A stretch of 64,000 bases of DNA from Chiloscyllium plagiosum. Lineage: Eukaryota. This document shows positions 52,458 through 64,000 of the stretch, one piece after another (the first letter of the stretch is position 1; every line of letters starts with the position of its first letter). A model generated the notes under the pieces. The model saw only the letters and a program-made list of their open reading frames with translations, was not told the DNA's origin and made no database searches. The position numbers and the translations under genes were made by a program. The stretch is from contig NC_057720.1 in NCBI RefSeq assembly GCF_004010195.1, forward strand, positions 16,372,478-16,436,477, given 5' to 3'.

Positions 52458-52649
52458 TTAGAGTGGTGCTGGGAAAGCACAGCAGGTCAGGCAGCATCCG
52501 AGGAACAGGGAAATCGACATTTCGGGCAAAAATGGAATCCTGATGAAGGGCTTTTACCCGAAACGTCGATTTTCCTGCTCCTCAGATGCTGCCTGACCAG
52601 CTGCGCTTTTCTAGCACCACTCTAATCTAGACTGATTTCAGCTTCTGCA
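52458..52649. mobile_element. Palindromic Penelope-like terminal repeat insertion
   Basis: ~73-bp inverted arms (52458-52530 vs 52552-52625); tgcattag at both junctions. Confidence 0.88.
52534..52575 (+). ncRNA. Minimal type I hammerhead ribozyme motif, near intact
   Basis: GGAAUC-CUGAUGA-A-GGG(CUUUUA)CCC-GAAA-CGUC^GAUUUUCC. Predicted cleavage after C52567. Confidence 0.8.
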
Positions 52650-52776
52650 TTAGGTATATTAGTCGGGGTAAATATAGGATAGTGGAATGGGTCTGAGTGG
52701 GTTGCTCTTCGGAGGGTTGATGTGGACTTGTTGGACCAAAGGGCCTGTTTACATACTATATGGAATCTAATCTAAA

Positions 52777-53137
52777 TTCATCAGGAGCAGTTTCAGTATT
52801 GTGGTAGGTTTGTGGACTACCATAATGACCAGGGGCTGGAGTAGTCTGGTCATCATCTCGGAGATGTCTTTTACGTATGGCAGGGTGGCTAGAGTTTCTG
52901 GGCATTTTGTCTCTTCTTGTTTAGGTCTGTTGTGTAGGAATCAGCAGACTAGGCTTATCGGGTAGCTGTTGTTCATGAATATGCTGTACAGGTGTTTTTC
53001 CTCTGCTTCTCTTAGTTCCCGGGTGCTGCAGTGTGTTGTGGCTCATTTAATAACGTCTTGATGCTGTGCCATTTGTGTGTGTTGGGATGATTGCTCCTGT
53101 AGTTGAGTATCTGGTCAGTGTGTGTGGCTTTCAGATG
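52777..53137 (-). mobile_element. Penelope-like ORF fragment (RT thumb/linker)
   Basis: KATHTDQILNYRSNHPNTHK...ATTHCSTREL.EAEEKHLYSIF..NSYP...ATLPYVKDISE. Confidence 0.88.
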
Positions 53138-53144
53138 TATCCTT

Positions 53145-53520
53145 GACATCCCTTGGTAGAGGTTACCAACTCAGAAGGCCCTGAAGCATGTTAATGCCAT
53201 CAGCACACGTTCATTGCTAAAGCAATGACATCTGCATTGGTTTGGCCAAGTTCATGGGACCGATGGTAGCCATATAGCCAAAGACATTGTGGTGTGAACT
53301 CATTAGGTCACAACCTCCAGGGCATCCTTACCTCTGCTCCAAGGATACATGGAAGGAAGATATGAAGATGCTGGAATTGGTATTGACAACTAGGAAACAG
53401 AGGCCATTAGTCATTATCTTTAGAGGTTGACTGCGGAGTGCACTGGAAGAGAGGAGCAGAAATTTAAGTTCAGCTGGCTGAGAGGAGGACCAAAGAAAAA
53501 ATGTCAGGCTGCTGAGCTAG
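53145..53520 (+). mobile_element. Old RTE-clade LINE C-terminal fragment
   Basis: Decayed VTNSE.L...L.WFG.VH..DG..I.KD and G.P.L..KD...KD motifs. Confidence 0.6.
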
Positions 53521-53854
53521 GTTTATCATAGAATTGACCACTGCAACAGAGACCAGTAATCTCACTATAGACAATAGAAGAGCATAGCAAGAACAAGCAT
53601 TTTAAATACTAAATGAGATTAAGAAAGGACACTATGGTTATAATGCAAGGTAAATGCCATTTGTAACCCTAACTATAGTAGACTTTGATTTGTTAGCTGG
53701 GTGGGTCTTTTAAGGAGAGACGCTGTTGACAGCAGTTACAAAAATCACAAAAGCACTGCCTCAAGAACGGATGATCATATTGAATGGTAGAGCAGGATCT
53801 AAAGGCTGAATAACCTACCTCTGCTTCTATTTTCTATTCAGGAGACTAGATGCT

Positions 53855-55578
53855 TGGTGATTGATGAAGGCAGAGCAGTAGACATTGTCTACATGGATTT
53901 CAACAAAGTGTTTGACAAGGTTCTGCATGGTAGATTGGTAAGTAAGATCACATGGGATCCAGGGAGAGCTGTCAATTTAATACAAAATAGGCTTGAAGGG
54001 AGGAGACAGAGGGCGGTAGTCGAGGGTTAACCTGTGATAAGCATTACACCATAAGGATCGGTGCTGGGTTCATTGCTTTTATACAAATGATTTGGATGGG
54101 AATACAGGAGGTATGGTTGGTAAGTCTGTAGATGACACTAAAATAGGTGGTGTAGTAAGCAGTGAAGAAATTGCCAAGATGGCAGCAGAGTAGGACTCCT
54201 CAGCTGCAGTTCGTCTGCTCCATCCATTTCTTTTCTCTTTCATGTTTTTCCTTCTCCCTTCTTGCCTCCTGTCCTTGAGCCTCAGGTAAAGTAATTGCGG
54301 ACTCCCAGCCACAGCGTAGACTCTGGGCCTCGAGGTGAAGCTAGCGTGGACTCCCAGCCCCAAGATGATTCCAGAACCAACTCGTGGCCTCGAGAACTTC
54401 GAGATGAAGCCTGGCACAATCTGGAGGAGAGTCCTAGATGCTAGGTGACAGCATAAACTGGATAGGAAGCATCGTTATTTTGAACTTCCATTTTCTAATT
54501 TATTCCTCTGATTTTGTACTTTTATACCAAAAATGGCACAAAGAACTGTAATGCTGTACTTTTTATTTCATTATTTTTCTCATTTGTTTCCTAAGAATTT
54601 GTACTTAGGTACAAATGTATCTAGGTACAGATTCTTAAGATGGCACTGTAAGAGGCAACTTGTAAACCTTTCACATTCTTATGTGAGTACGTGTCACAAT
54701 AATGTTAATTTTAATTTTCAGATTATTTCGGAGTACAATGAGACCTCGATCAGATGGGCTAATGGGCCAAGGAGTGGTGGATGGAGTTTCGTTTAGATAA
54801 ATGTGAGGTGTTGCATTTTGGTAAGGCAAACAAGGGCAGGACTTATACAATTAATGACAGGGTCCTGTGGAGTGTTGCTGAACAAAGAGACCTACAGGTG
54901 CAGGTGCATAGCCCCTTGAAAGTGGAGTCGCAGGTAGACAAGGTGGCAAAGGCAGCGTTTGGCACACTTACCTTTATTGGCCAGAACACATCGGAGTTGG
55001 GAGGTCATGTTGAAGCTATACAGGACATTGGCGAGGTCACGTTTAGAATACTGCATACAATTCTAGTCGCCATTCTATAGAAAGGATGTTGTTAAACTTA
55101 AGAGGACGCAGAAAAGATTTGTAAAGATGTTGCTGGAGGGTTTGAGTTATAGGGAGAGGTTGAATAGGCTGGGACGTTTTCCCTAGAGCATGGGGGGCTA
55201 AGGGGTGACTTTATAGAGATTTATAAAACCATGAGGGTTATGGACAGGGTGAATGGCCCAAGTCTTTTTCCGAGAGTAGGGGAGTCCAAAACTGAAGGGT
55301 GTAGGTTTAAGGTGAGAGGGATTTAAAAATTAAGATTTTTAAAAACAGGACCTGAGGGGTAACGTTTTCACAGAGGGTGTTGCATTTAGGAACAAACTGG
55401 AGGAGGCATGTACAATTATAACATTTGAAAAGCATCTGGATGGGGATACGAATACGAAGGGTAGAGGGGGGTATGGGCCAAATGCTGGCAAATAGGACTG
55501 GGTCAGATTGGGATATCTGGTCGGTGGGGATGAGTTGGACTGCAGGGTCTGTATCCACGCTGTATACCTCTATGATTA
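53855..55578 (+). mobile_element. CR1 (HER1-like) RT and 3' end, interrupted at 54170-54718
   Basis: VDIVYMDFNKVFDKV, VDDTKIGG, KCEVLHFGK and tail. Confidence 0.9.
54170..54718 (+). mobile_element. Non-autonomous retroposon (unclassified; Rex1/Babar-like 3' end tentative)
   Basis: Interrupts the CR1. Starts ccaagatggc and ends gtgtcacaataa plus (aatttt)n. Confidence 0.55.
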
Positions 55579-55714
55579 TCACTGCTTCTCATTGTCTATG
55601 ATGCTCTAGAGTGGAATGGAGTATAGTACATATTTACTTGGACAGGTGCAGATAGGACACACTTTAAAAGTATATAATAGTATTTTTAAGGACTCAAGTA
55701 CTGAAAATAACATC

Positions 55715-56230
55715 ATTGCAATGACGATCACCCCTTGACATTCAATGGCACTACCACTTAAGAATCCTTCATCAACATCTCAGGGTTACTACTGATCAGA
55801 AATTTAACTAGTTCAGCTGTATAAATACCGTGGATACAAGAGGAAATCAAAGGCTGGAAACCCTGCAGTGAGTAAACTCACCACTTGACTCCCAAACCCT
55901 GTTTACGATCTATTGACACTAATCATGAATGTGATGGAAATTCATCACTTGCCTGGATGTGTGTATTTTCAGCAACATTCAAATAGCTTCACAACACTCA
56001 AGAACAAGCAGTGCACCTAATCAACATGCCATCCACCATTTCCCTCTAAGAATGGTGTACAAAAGCACCCTATACAAAATGCATTGCTGTAACTCTCTGC
56101 AATTTTTAAAAAATTAACTTTTCAAACCTGAATATCCAATATGCTCATGTGTCGACATAACACCACACGCTCACCACAACCTTCAAAAGCAATTCGGGGA
56201 TGGTCATTAACTCTTACCTCATGTCAATTA
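55715..56230 (+). mobile_element. Old Zenon-like LINE 3' fragment
   Basis: Colinear with 19470-20160, including the gcaattcggggatgg tail. Confidence 0.7.
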
Positions 56231-57084
56231 AAAAAGTTTTTATCTGAAAACAATTGCATCATGGTAATGTTTTTAAAAATTAGCAATTTAGACTTTCTCC
56301 CACTAAAACACGGGACACCAATATCTTTGACTTTTATTTTATGAATATTGGTGAGATAGAAAATTATTCTTTGACTTTTGCTGTTCCTCCATGAACTCTA
56401 AAGTGGAAGTGGCAAGAACCCTCTGTGATAAAAGTAAAGCCCACTTGTATGAAAAAGCATCATACTCATGCAAAGCAGTTCAAAACTCACTTGATTTTGC
56501 TTAGGTGTGTCACTTAACGCACAGTCAAGGTTAAAACAGGTATTATGAATGTGAGTTAAAGATACATTCCTGAAATGCATTACAAGCTTAGAAGTCTCTG
56601 TTTCTCAAATATTTCTTAAATAGAGAATCTTCAAATAAAATTTCTGTAAACAATTTATAGGTAGCTGGATTGCTGAAACCCAGTTGATGCATGTGTGGGA
56701 TTTTGCCAGTCTTCCTAAGTTAGGGTTTTCCCAAACAATCATAGTTGCAGCTGTGTTCATGCAACTAGTTTAGAGAGAAAAAAACAAAAGCAAAAAGTTT
56801 GCATTATTATTCAAAATATACAGAAATACAATGGTAAGAATAATCACACTTTTTCTAACACTTAAAGCACGTGGGATATTACTCGTACTGAGATTGAGGG
56901 TGGCATTAGCTTACAGGGACATAGGAATCGTTGGATGACTATTTTCTAAAAACCTGGGAGTCTCATGTAGTACTAATATGGAGGTGCTGACGAATTAATC
57001 CCTCTAATTCCTGTTAGTCTACACAGACTCAAAAACAAGAGGAAAATTCTGTGGTGTAAAGCTTTAAGATTCACAGGTACACTG

Positions 57085-57310
57085 TCAGCCATTTCCACTC
57101 CAGCTCCACTTACCATGTCATGTTTTGAATTATTTGTATACTGTCTTGTAAAATGTCATTTTCTGAAAAAAAATCTACTTCAACAATACTAACATTGGCC
57201 CCATAGTAGCCTGTTCCATAAATTGGCCACTGGTTCACTGAAATATTGTTTCTGCACATTTATTTTGAATTTATCCACCTTCAAAGCACAGGTCACATCC
57301 TCTGTTCTAC
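57085..57310 (-). mobile_element. Very old CR1 3' end
   Basis: KFKINVQKQYFSEPVANLWNRL. Confidence 0.6.
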
Positions 57311-57939
57311 TGTCCTGAAAAATGAAAAATAGCTGGTCACCATCTATATTATCACAATAATCACATTGCATCTCATTGATATTTTAGTAAAAACAAAAGC
57401 AAACATGATAAAAGAGATTAAATTTACAAGCAATACTGAGACATTGGAGTATATTGAGACATATTACTCCAAAATAAATAATTTTATGCTAAAATCATTA
57501 TGCAGAAAAGGGCTCAGATATTTTCAACACAGCTCCTCCTAGTGGCAGAGCAAGTGACAAATATAACCACCTAGAAGCATGCCTTTTCTGCGAAATGTGC
57601 CTATGGCTTGAAAGGCAGGGGAGGAGGAGGATTTCTCAATGGAAGGCAAATTATCCTCATATACAATAAAACAAATTAAGCATTGGGAAAAAAAAACTTA
57701 ACGAATTGGTTGGCATTACATCTAAACCGCTGTGGAGCGCTGTAGGAGACCTCATAGTGCTACAAATCAACAGTCTATATCTTGCAATTAGCTTACAAAG
57801 AGGTCAACAAGAATCAGCTGGATTGCAAAATTAAGAAATAAAACAAATGAATCACAGAAGAGGAGCTGTTATACATTACTCATTATTTGCGTTTGTAAAT
57901 TGATGTCCTTCATTGTTATATACGCCACTATAATATTTA

Positions 57940-60022
57940 TATATTCAAATAATAATCAGTTTATTGAATAAAATAACTGCTAGACAATAAGGACACAAGA
58001 CCTTTAACCATAATTAATGTATGACTGTACATTTTATTTCTGCCACTAGATAAGTAGACTTGTAGTAATAGCACATTTTCACATAGTGTTTACACAGTTT
58101 ACTTACAAATATGAGCGTGCACAATCACGTCTGAGCACTTGATATCATGTACCAGTGTACTTGTTCCATATACAGTAATTGTATCATCAATTTTGTTAAA
58201 ATGCTTAAAGGATACAATGGTTAAATTTTGGGAAACTCATAACTGTATGGAGACCTCAAAGTTATAAAGAACATGCTTTTCTTTACAATTAAGATTGTAG
58301 AGAAAAAATATAATTTTAATTTATCCAATTCTTGAAATATAGGGAGCTCAGAAACAAAAGATGAGCAGGAAGAATAACTTTTAGCAAATTAAGAGCTACA
58401 CTGAATTAGTACCTGTAAACCTATTTCTGCAAGTAACTAAATTGGTTAATTACTATCTCAGCCTATTTTAGAAAATACAAATATAAAATCCAATAATATC
58501 CATCTTAATAGCAATGCACCCCATTGTTTCTGTACATGCTATACTAATAAAAGACGAGTACATACATTTTGTTGAGATGTCCTCAGTGAATACTGACCTT
58601 TGCAGGGAACAAAATTTATATTTAAAGGTCTGTTTCTAAAAACATGATAAATCTAAAACATTCGAATGCCAAATGTACAGCAATACAGTAATCACTAGAC
58701 TTGGGGAACTATCTACACACTACTATATTCAAAAATGGCATGGGGTACTAGAAAACTTGCTACCAATTTGTTAAATGTATTGTTATAGGGCTATAGTTCC
58801 TCATAATTGCTTATAGCAAGTAGCCATATACAGATTTCAATTTCATCAAAACAGATGAAAATAGTATCAGAAATAAATTGAGAACAAAATAGGTCAATAA
58901 TATTGCTACTTAAAAAGCACGCTGAGAATGTTTTAGGCCAGTAAAAAACTATTTATTGTCAAATGTTGAATCGTGCACTAAATATATTTTAGACTGGTTT
59001 CTCAAGGGAAGAAACACCATATGCATCATGCTTTACAATATTATCAGTGTTAATTTCTTCATAATTTTCAAGTGGTCTGGGAGTCAAAGTGGTTGATTGT
59101 TCAATGTACAATGATGCTAGAAGTCTGAATTCATGAGTAGCCTATTGGTAACATACTTGCTTCAAACAGGCACATTTTCATTCTTCCTATCATGAACATA
59201 CGTTATTCTAAAATGAATCATGTCCTACATCCTTAGGTGAATTGCACCTCTTGCAGCCAATCACGGGACAGCACTTATGGCAACTAGGCCACTCTGCCCT
59301 CCTGGCGAGAAAAGGGATGTATTTGCAATGGCAGAAAAATTAGGATAGCAACGGAATAAAATACTTTTAATAACTAAATTAACTTTTCATTTCTGAAAGT
59401 ACAACAATATGTTGAAAACTGTAATTCAATTAAGTGAATATTTTGTGCAAATTTACATTGAGCACTACTAAGACGTTTTTCCAAAATTATGCAGCCAAAT
59501 AATTTCTTGTGCAAACAAAGATAACTATCCACAGTGGATGTACACAATGCTAAACAAGAATATTGCTTCCTTGCAAAATTGGAAGTTAGAATAGTGTTTG
59601 TAAATGTGTCAATGAAATTTTATGCTTCATTTCCTGCTGCCATAAGGTTCCTCAGGCAAAAGGACTATTTTTCTGAAACGATTAGGGAAATATCTGACTA
59701 GTGATATATGCAAATTCTTAGCAAATGTAAAATGTTCTTCAATGTATCTACAACTTTGACCAAATTGTGACAAATTTAAACAGAATTTTTAAAGCTGATG
59801 GACTGCTGGTGATCTATTTATTGATTTGCAATTCCAAATAGATGCATAATTATTTGAGGTTTTTGAGGAAGTCATGCCATTTAAAATAATTCCAAGGTTA
59901 TAAATAGTTTACATTGTTGCATTGATCTTTCATAATGGGAGGGCAGAATGTACTTTTACTAGGCGCTTATGGCAAAACACTACGTTAAATTTACAGATTA
60001 AGTAATCACAATTCTGAAAAAG
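57940..60022 (-). other. ZNF644: Probable ZNF644 3' UTR
   Basis: AT-rich, transposon-free stretch after the stop codon. Minus-strand AATAAA at 57960-57965, with another candidate near 58952. The true 3' end cannot be fixed from sequence alone. Confidence 0.6.
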
Positions 60023-60215
60023 TTAGGAAGCTGCCTGTGCCATTAGCAGAGAAAATGATGATTCAGTTACTGGAAAATTTTCTTTTGATGGCAATGAGAT
60101 TTCCACCATTCCAGCACCAGTGCGAGGAAGATTTGCATTAACGACATGCCTCTGCAAGTGCTTTATCCAATCTTCTTGAACAGAAAGTGGACCTCGGAAG
60201 ACCAGATCACAGAAC
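60023..60215 (-). CDS. ZNF644: Zinc finger protein 644, last coding exon (C-terminal WIZ-like C2H2 finger)
   Basis: Acceptor ctcctcag|G completes the AGG codon. Translates [63 protein letters not shown], very close to the recalled mammalian ZNF644 C-terminus. Confidence 0.95.
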
Positions 60216-60534
60216 CTGAGGAGATGCAACAAAATCATAATTCTGGTTAGTACGATTACACTTATGCTTATGCCCACATAGCATGATTTTAAAATTCACG
60301 ATGGAAAAGCATAGTTTTGAAAGTGTTAGAAAATCTGAAAATGCTTACTGAACTGCAAAGCAAGTGATGGAAAGTAACCAGAAATTTGGTGTTCAATTTC
60401 TCCTACTTCTAAGAATACTTGAATACTTCATTACGAAATGAAAAATACTTAATCTGTTACAAAGTAGTCTCATTGTAGAATGCAACGTAACAAATTAAGT
60501 CTGCAAGTTGACCCTGAAACAGCAATCCATTCAC

Positions 60535-60637
60535 CTGCATTTGAGTACATAAGCATCATCAAGTGAAGGAACAAATAGGGAAGACTTCTTCTTGGTTCCT
60601 GACCGTGATCGTGACCTCTTCTGCTTGCAGTCAAAAG
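60535..60637 (-). CDS. ZNF644: Zinc finger protein 644, penultimate coding exon (103 nt)
   Basis: Acceptor tctttttccag| and donor AG|GTGAAT. Translates xFDCKQKRSRSRSGTKKKSSLFVPSLDDAYVLKC(R), matching the recalled ZNF644 C-terminal KRSRSRSG.KKK...Y.L.CR segment. Phase is compatible with the next exon. Confidence 0.93.
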
Positions 60638-61679
60638 CTGGAAAAAGACATAGGAATGTAATTATTCTCCATGTAAACAATAAACAATTTAAATGAAATA
60701 TACTTTATGGAGCAAGTTTCACAAAAATTAATAAATTAATAACAGGGCATTACTAACAAATTTTGAAAATAAATTTCCTCAGTTACCAGGTTTGCACAAT
60801 TGTAAATATTTGAGATAAACACCAGAGAAATCCAGCTAGTTGCTAAAAGTTAAAAGAATTTCAAGGAAAACAGTTCTTGAAGTACAGTCAGCATCATGGT
60901 TATGCACAACCTTTAAACTAACATGGTGACACCATGGTTTCTTTATCAGGTTAAAATACAGTGAATAATAAATATCTATGTTTATAGAAGGGCCAAAATT
61001 GATCTCTCACCTATACTGACCTAAATTGTGGCTTTATTACACCCTGATATTAAAAGGGGAATGCCATTTCTTATTTCTTACCCATGGAAACATTTATTTG
61101 GCAGATGAGAACAGAATTTGGCTCCGCTGTGATGATACATATGAAAGAATAGCCTGCTATTGCCTCACTATAATCTTGCATGAAAAAGAGTACCATATGG
61201 GTGAGCTGCTAGAGGATTGTTATAAAACCACAGAACTATGTACCAGCATGAGTCATATATTCATTAGGTGGTGAGAGGAGATGAAGAAGTAAATTGGTGA
61301 AAGATAAACACACCATCATCTACTAGAAAATTTACAATAATCATGCCAATACCATTGTACATTTTATCTATTTAGATTGGAAAGGATTTCTTTTTTAAAA
61401 AAGAAAATAAAAATCAAATTTTAATGCTCAGAGAAAAGCTCAATTAAAATTACAAGTTATAAATAACAGTATTTTGCAGAATAATAAATGCCATTTTAAT
61501 TGTGCAAGAACTGGCACATATCAAAATAATTTCACTGCAATGTATAGAATAAGCTTCAGTATTCAATCATTTTTGAAGGTGAAATATAATACTGTAGCAG
61601 TTTCCATTTTAACCAATGCAGCTAATATACAGATGGTGCTATCATCCAGACCAGGAAACTTGAGGGTATGGTTAGGAGG

Positions 61680-62335
61680 ATAATTACAGACTTCAGCAGG
61701 ACATAGACAGGTTGGTGGAATGGGTGGACACATGGCAGATAAAATTTAATGCAGGGAAGTGTGAAGTGATGCATTTTGGTAGGATGAATAAGTAATATAA
61801 AACAAAGGAAATGATACTATAGGAGATGTGGGGAACAGGGTGTATAAATACACAAATCACAAAAGGTGGCAGAATGGGTTGAGAAACAGCCAAGGCAAAT
61901 GAGATCCCAACCATTTGTAAATAGAGTCACGGAGGACAAAAGCACGGAAGTTATGGAGAATCCGAACAAACAGTAGGTTTGGCCTCTATTGGAAGATCAT
62001 GTCTATTTCTGAAGAAGTGTTTTAGTTGAGGAATTAGGAACTTCAATTACATAGATAGACTGGTAAAGCTAGGAATGCTCCTCTTCGTAAACGTGAAGAA
62101 GGGATTTGATAAACCTGTTCAAAAAGACGAGATGACAAAAGAGATAGGGATAAACTATTCCAATTGGTGGAAAGATCTTAAGGCGACTGACCAAAGAATC
62201 AGAGGCAACAGAAGGAAACACTTCTTTAAAAAGTGAACAGTTAGGATCCAGAATGCGCTGCCCGAGAGCATGGTGCTGGTAGATTCAATCATAGCTTTCT
62301 AAAAGGAATTAGAAAATTATCTTAAAGAAACGAGT
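61680..62335 (+). mobile_element. Old CR1 3' part (intronic in ZNF644)
   Basis: LQQDIDRLVEWVDTWQIKFNAGKCEVMHFGR. Confidence 0.85.
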
Positions 62336-62337
62336 AG

Positions 62338-62693
62338 TGTGTGGCATGTTGGTTCAGTGATTAGCACTGCTGCCTCACAGCACCAAGGACCCGGTTCAAT
62401 TCCAGCCTCTGTCGACTGTCTGTGTGGAGTTTGCACATTCTCCCGATGGTCTGTGTGGGTTACCTCCTGGTGCTCTGGTTCCTCCCACATTCCAAAGATC
62501 TGCAGGTTAGATGGATTGGTCTTGCCAAAGTGCCATAGTGTGCAGGTTTGTGTAGGTTAGGTGGACAAGTGATGGGAACTGCAGAGTTACAGGGATAGGG
62601 TAGAGGGTGAGTCTGGATGGGATGCTCTTCAGAGAGTCAATACAGAATTGGTGGGCCAAATGGCCTGTTTCCACACCGTAGGGATTCAATGAT
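62338..62693 (+). mobile_element. HE1-type V-SINE (long variant)
   Basis: Head, V-domain and tail ggcctgtttccacac. Confidence 0.9.
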
Positions 62694-63339
62694 TCAGGAT
62701 CATGGGGAAATAGGCAGGGTAGTGGGACTAGCAGATATGATCTTGGAGAATCAGCATGAACATGACAGGCCAATTGTTGTCCCAAGATTCCATGAGTTTC
62801 TAATATAATTTTGCTTGTAGTCAATAGGTTTTGTTTTACATTTTGGGTTTGAACAGAGATCCTTAAAAACTAAGCCCGATGTACTTGGATGACTGGCATA
62901 TCGTTGTCTGCTTTGAGCATAATTAGGAAAAATTCAGAAGATTTCACATTTTAGAGTTGTAATTAATTAGTCGAGCAGAAGATGCGAAAGCTTTTGAGTT
63001 GGAACTAGTGTTAACTGTGATGCCACAATTTCTAAGCCTGATGTTTTACATACATTTCATTGGTGGTTGGACTAGAAATTGAGATCAGAATCTGTACTGA
63101 ACTAAGGAGTGAGCCTTTTCGCCAGTCTGGAATATATTTGTGTGTGCTTGTGTTAGAGGTGATGTACTGCATTACGATCAGGAAACAACAGCTGGGTTGC
63201 CTTAATTTACAATTACCTAATAATTTTGATTATATACCTCAAAAGAGTGGTTCCCTTGATTGTTCCAGTTAAACAGACAATCCACTTTACATAGATTGAG
63301 TATGGAGTCAAAATTAGCTTTACATACAAACATGAATTC

Positions 63340-64000
63340 ACAGCAAGAATAGACCATTCAATAAAATCATGGTTGATTTGATTGCAGCCTCAAATCCACA
63401 TTCCCACCTACCCCGATCGATGTAGTTTTTGATTGATGAAATTGGAGGCTACGCTTTAAAACTATACAATGACCATGCCTCATGGCTCACTAATGGGGCG
63501 GGGGGGGGGGGGTGGAAACCCCTCCTCATCTCCAAAATAAATAACATCTTTGTTTTTGAAGTGTTTCTCCTAGCCTTACTCTGTCCCTCAAGGGACAAAC
63601 ATCCTTTCTCCCTTCACTCTGTCAAGTCCCTACATGTTTCAAAAAGATCACCTTTCATTATTCTGAACTCCAATGGATACAAGTCCAGCCTGTCTAACCT
63701 TTCCTCACAAGATAACAAGATCCCAGGTATCTGTCAAGTGAATTTTCTCTGAACAGCTCCCAATGCACTTGCATCATTTCTTAAATAAGGAGATCAAAAC
63801 TGTACACAGTATTCCAGATGTGGTTTCATCAATGTTCTATACAATGGCAGTAAAATTTCACTACTTGGATACTTTATTCCCTTCCAATAAACAACCACAT
63901 TCAGTTTGCCTTTCTAATCACTTGTTGTACCTGCAAACATATCCAGATTCTTCTGTATCTCAGTTCTACATTCTCTCTCCATTTAATATGCTGCTTTACT
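63340..64000 (-). mobile_element. Old CR1 3' end
   Basis: Reverse complement of KPHLEYCVQF and EERLDRLDLYPLEFR. Confidence 0.8.

Larger units (their letters stand above)
52268..52776 (+). mobile_element. HE1-type SINE interrupted by a PLE palindrome
   Basis: Head and V-domain at 52268-52455, tail at 52650-52776. Confidence 0.9.

Noticed and set aside
60216..60277. N-terminal part of ORF 60023-60277 (MGISISV...)
   Set aside because: Intronic; the real exon begins at the acceptor at 60215.
1..64000. CRISPR array, rRNA or prokaryotic/viral operon-type system
   Set aside because: No regularly spaced repeats, rRNA or intact non-transposon ORF clusters; the sequence is vertebrate intergenic DNA.

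Overview
This is vertebrate genomic DNA, almost certainly from a shark or ray, since it carries many HE1-type V-SINEs with their partner CR1 LINE. It is a repeat-dense intergenic interval. The only host coding sequence I can support is the last two coding exons of ZNF644 on the minus strand (60535-60637 and 60023-60215), followed by a ~2 kb repeat-free 3' UTR. The first ~4.5 kb is repeat-free and relatively CpG-rich. Vertebrate synteny (BARHL2 lies downstream of ZNF644) suggests it is BARHL2 upstream regulatory DNA, but this is inference and no BARHL2 exon is visible. The rest is decayed transposons: several CR1 subfamilies, a Zenon-like CR1-group LINE, L2, RTE, Penelope-like elements (PLEs), several tRNA-derived SINE families, TA-targeting MITEs and a Harbinger Myb/SANT remnant. 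There is an 862-nt assembly gap at 43750-44611. The most notable signals are: (1) minimal hammerhead ribozyme motifs from about four PLE terminal-repeat families, one nearly intact at 52534-52575; (2) a perfect 54-bp inverted templated insertion; (3) a micro-inversion bounded by short inverted repeats; (4) a three-level transposon nest; (5) a SINE/LINE mosaic insertion. I found no convincing evidence of a wholly new biological system. Repeat family names come from recall of consensus motifs, and old-repeat boundaries are approximate.
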